Shown one piece after another: positions 63,275-64,000 of a stretch of DNA of 64,000 nucleotides. A program made the translations under genes and the position numbers. The notes below the pieces were generated by a model. The model saw only the letters and a list, made by a program, of their open reading frames with translations. It had not been told where the DNA came from and ran no database searches. Each line of letters opens with the position of its first letter. Positions within the stretch are counted from its first letter, which is position 1. Origin of the DNA: an archaeon (GTDB taxonomy: Archaea > Nanobdellota > Nanobdellia > Woesearchaeales > SM23-78); the NCBI GenBank assembly GCA_043801165.1, contig JAZDMG010000028.1:10988-74987 (forward strand), written 5' to 3'.

Positions 63275-63421
63275 ATGACAGAAGGATATTGTGTGAAATG
63301 TAAGAAGAAAGTAGAGATGCTGAATGGACAGGAAGTCGTGAATGCAAAGGGCAGGAAGATGATGAAAGGAAAATGCCCCAACTGCAGCACAACTGTCTGT
63401 AGGATTATGGGTAATGCTTAA
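63275..63421 (+). CDS. Small zinc-ribbon protein of 48 aa (MTEGYCVKCKKKVEM...GKCPNCSTTVC). It is not in the ORF track
   Basis: A GAGGTGA ribosome-binding site lies 7 nt upstream. Two Cys pairs give Cx2C...Cx2C. Confidence 0.4.
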   Translation: MTEGYCVKCKKKVEMLNGQEVVNAKGRKMMKGKCPNCSTTVCRIMGNA

Positions 63422-63497
63422 GATATTCATATTTTTTCTTTTTATTTTCTGAGCAAAACTGAAACATTTATATCTTGAGGGAGCGTACGCCTGCCCT

Positions 63498-63818
63498 ATG
63501 AGTGGCTCAATTCTGCGCATAAGCCTTGTCAATTCTATCTATTTCAGCGCAGCTTCCTTCATAGTGATCTGGATTGCGGGTGCGCTTTATGAATTCCTTG
63601 AGAAGACGCCTGGCCGGCTTGACCAGGGGATAATCATAATGATTGTGCTTGGGCTCATCCTTATCATGTTCTTCCTTGCCATGGTCAACATCCTTATTGT
63701 GGAGCATGAGAAGACAAGGCTGCGCTTGTATCAGAAGCTTGCTGGAGTCGGCATCTTCTTTTTGGTTTCAGCTGTAATCCTTTCAATTCTCGGAGTCCTT
63801 TTCTGGTTCCCGATCTGA
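63498..63818 (+). CDS. Small membrane protein (3 TM)
   Basis: A 106-aa hydrophobic ORF. Confidence 0.3.
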   Translation: MSGSILRISLVNSIYFSAASFIVIWIAGALYEFLEKTPGRLDQGIIIMIVLGLILIMFFLAMVNILIVEHEKTRLRLYQKLAGVGIFFLVSAVILSILGVLFWFPI

Positions 63819-64000
63819 GGGGTTGTCAGATAGGGATAGGTAATCTGTCTTTTTCTTGCGTTGATCGAGGTCTATCTTTGCTAACACCATCTGGTGCATC
63901 CTCTTGAGGAATTCAAGCCTGTCTTCAATCTTCATTATGTCAGAATAGCCCATGGCAACAAGGTTGAAGGCAAAGGGGCTTGGGAGCTCTGTGAATATCT
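63787..64000 (-). CDS. C-terminal fragment of a gene that continues beyond the window end
   Basis: An open frame runs from the window edge (...IFTELPSPFAFNLVAMGYSDIMKIEDRLEFLKRMHQMVLAKIDLDQRKKK...) to the stop at about 63787. Confidence 0.2.

Overview
This 64 kb window reads as an archaeal chromosome segment, probably from a DPANN-like or other small-genome archaeon. The archaeal markers are TFB/TFIIB, Elp3, EndoQ, r-protein L35Ae, SepF, XerA, a bifunctional PGI/PMI and intron-containing tRNAs, alongside a bacterial-type grpE-dnaK-dnaJ operon that uses GGAGG ribosome-binding sites. Housekeeping genes (a P-type Ca-ATPase, MtaB, Rad50, Nfo, an FKBP/SlyD-like PPIase, an RNA methylase, a PIN-PhoH2 ATPase) sit between many large secreted or membrane-anchored surface proteins. 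The surface proteins include a 1185-aa protein with right-handed beta-helix repeats, a lipoprotein with cadherin-like repeats, Cys-rich repeat proteins and a membrane-tethered trypsin-like protease. There are also two predicted peptidoglycan hydrolases, one Amidase_3 and one M23-like, which is unusual for an archaeon. Five observations stand out. (1) Around 6.08-6.35 kb an intact tRNA-Ser(CGA) is bracketed by fragments that duplicate its own 5' and 3' termini, all within a single promoter-to-terminator unit. (2) An integrated element of about 8.5 kb (about 41.2-49.8 kb) lies between a degenerate copy of the 5' region of tRNA-Pro and the intact tRNA-Pro(GGG) gene. It carries a tyrosine integrase, a HEPN-like two-gene module, overlapping ribbon-helix-helix (RHH) genes and an unusual protein combining a zincin motif, two AN1 zinc fingers and a CAP domain. 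(3) An A10 homopolymer tract shifts the frame between the signal peptide and the catalytic domain of the M23-like protein. (4) A XerA-like recombinase lies beside a region of AT-rich repeats and palindromes that could hold dif. (5) A four-gene operon of unknown function sits at 57.6-61.0 kb. No CRISPR array or rRNA was seen. All functional calls come from reading motifs by eye and need confirmation by search.
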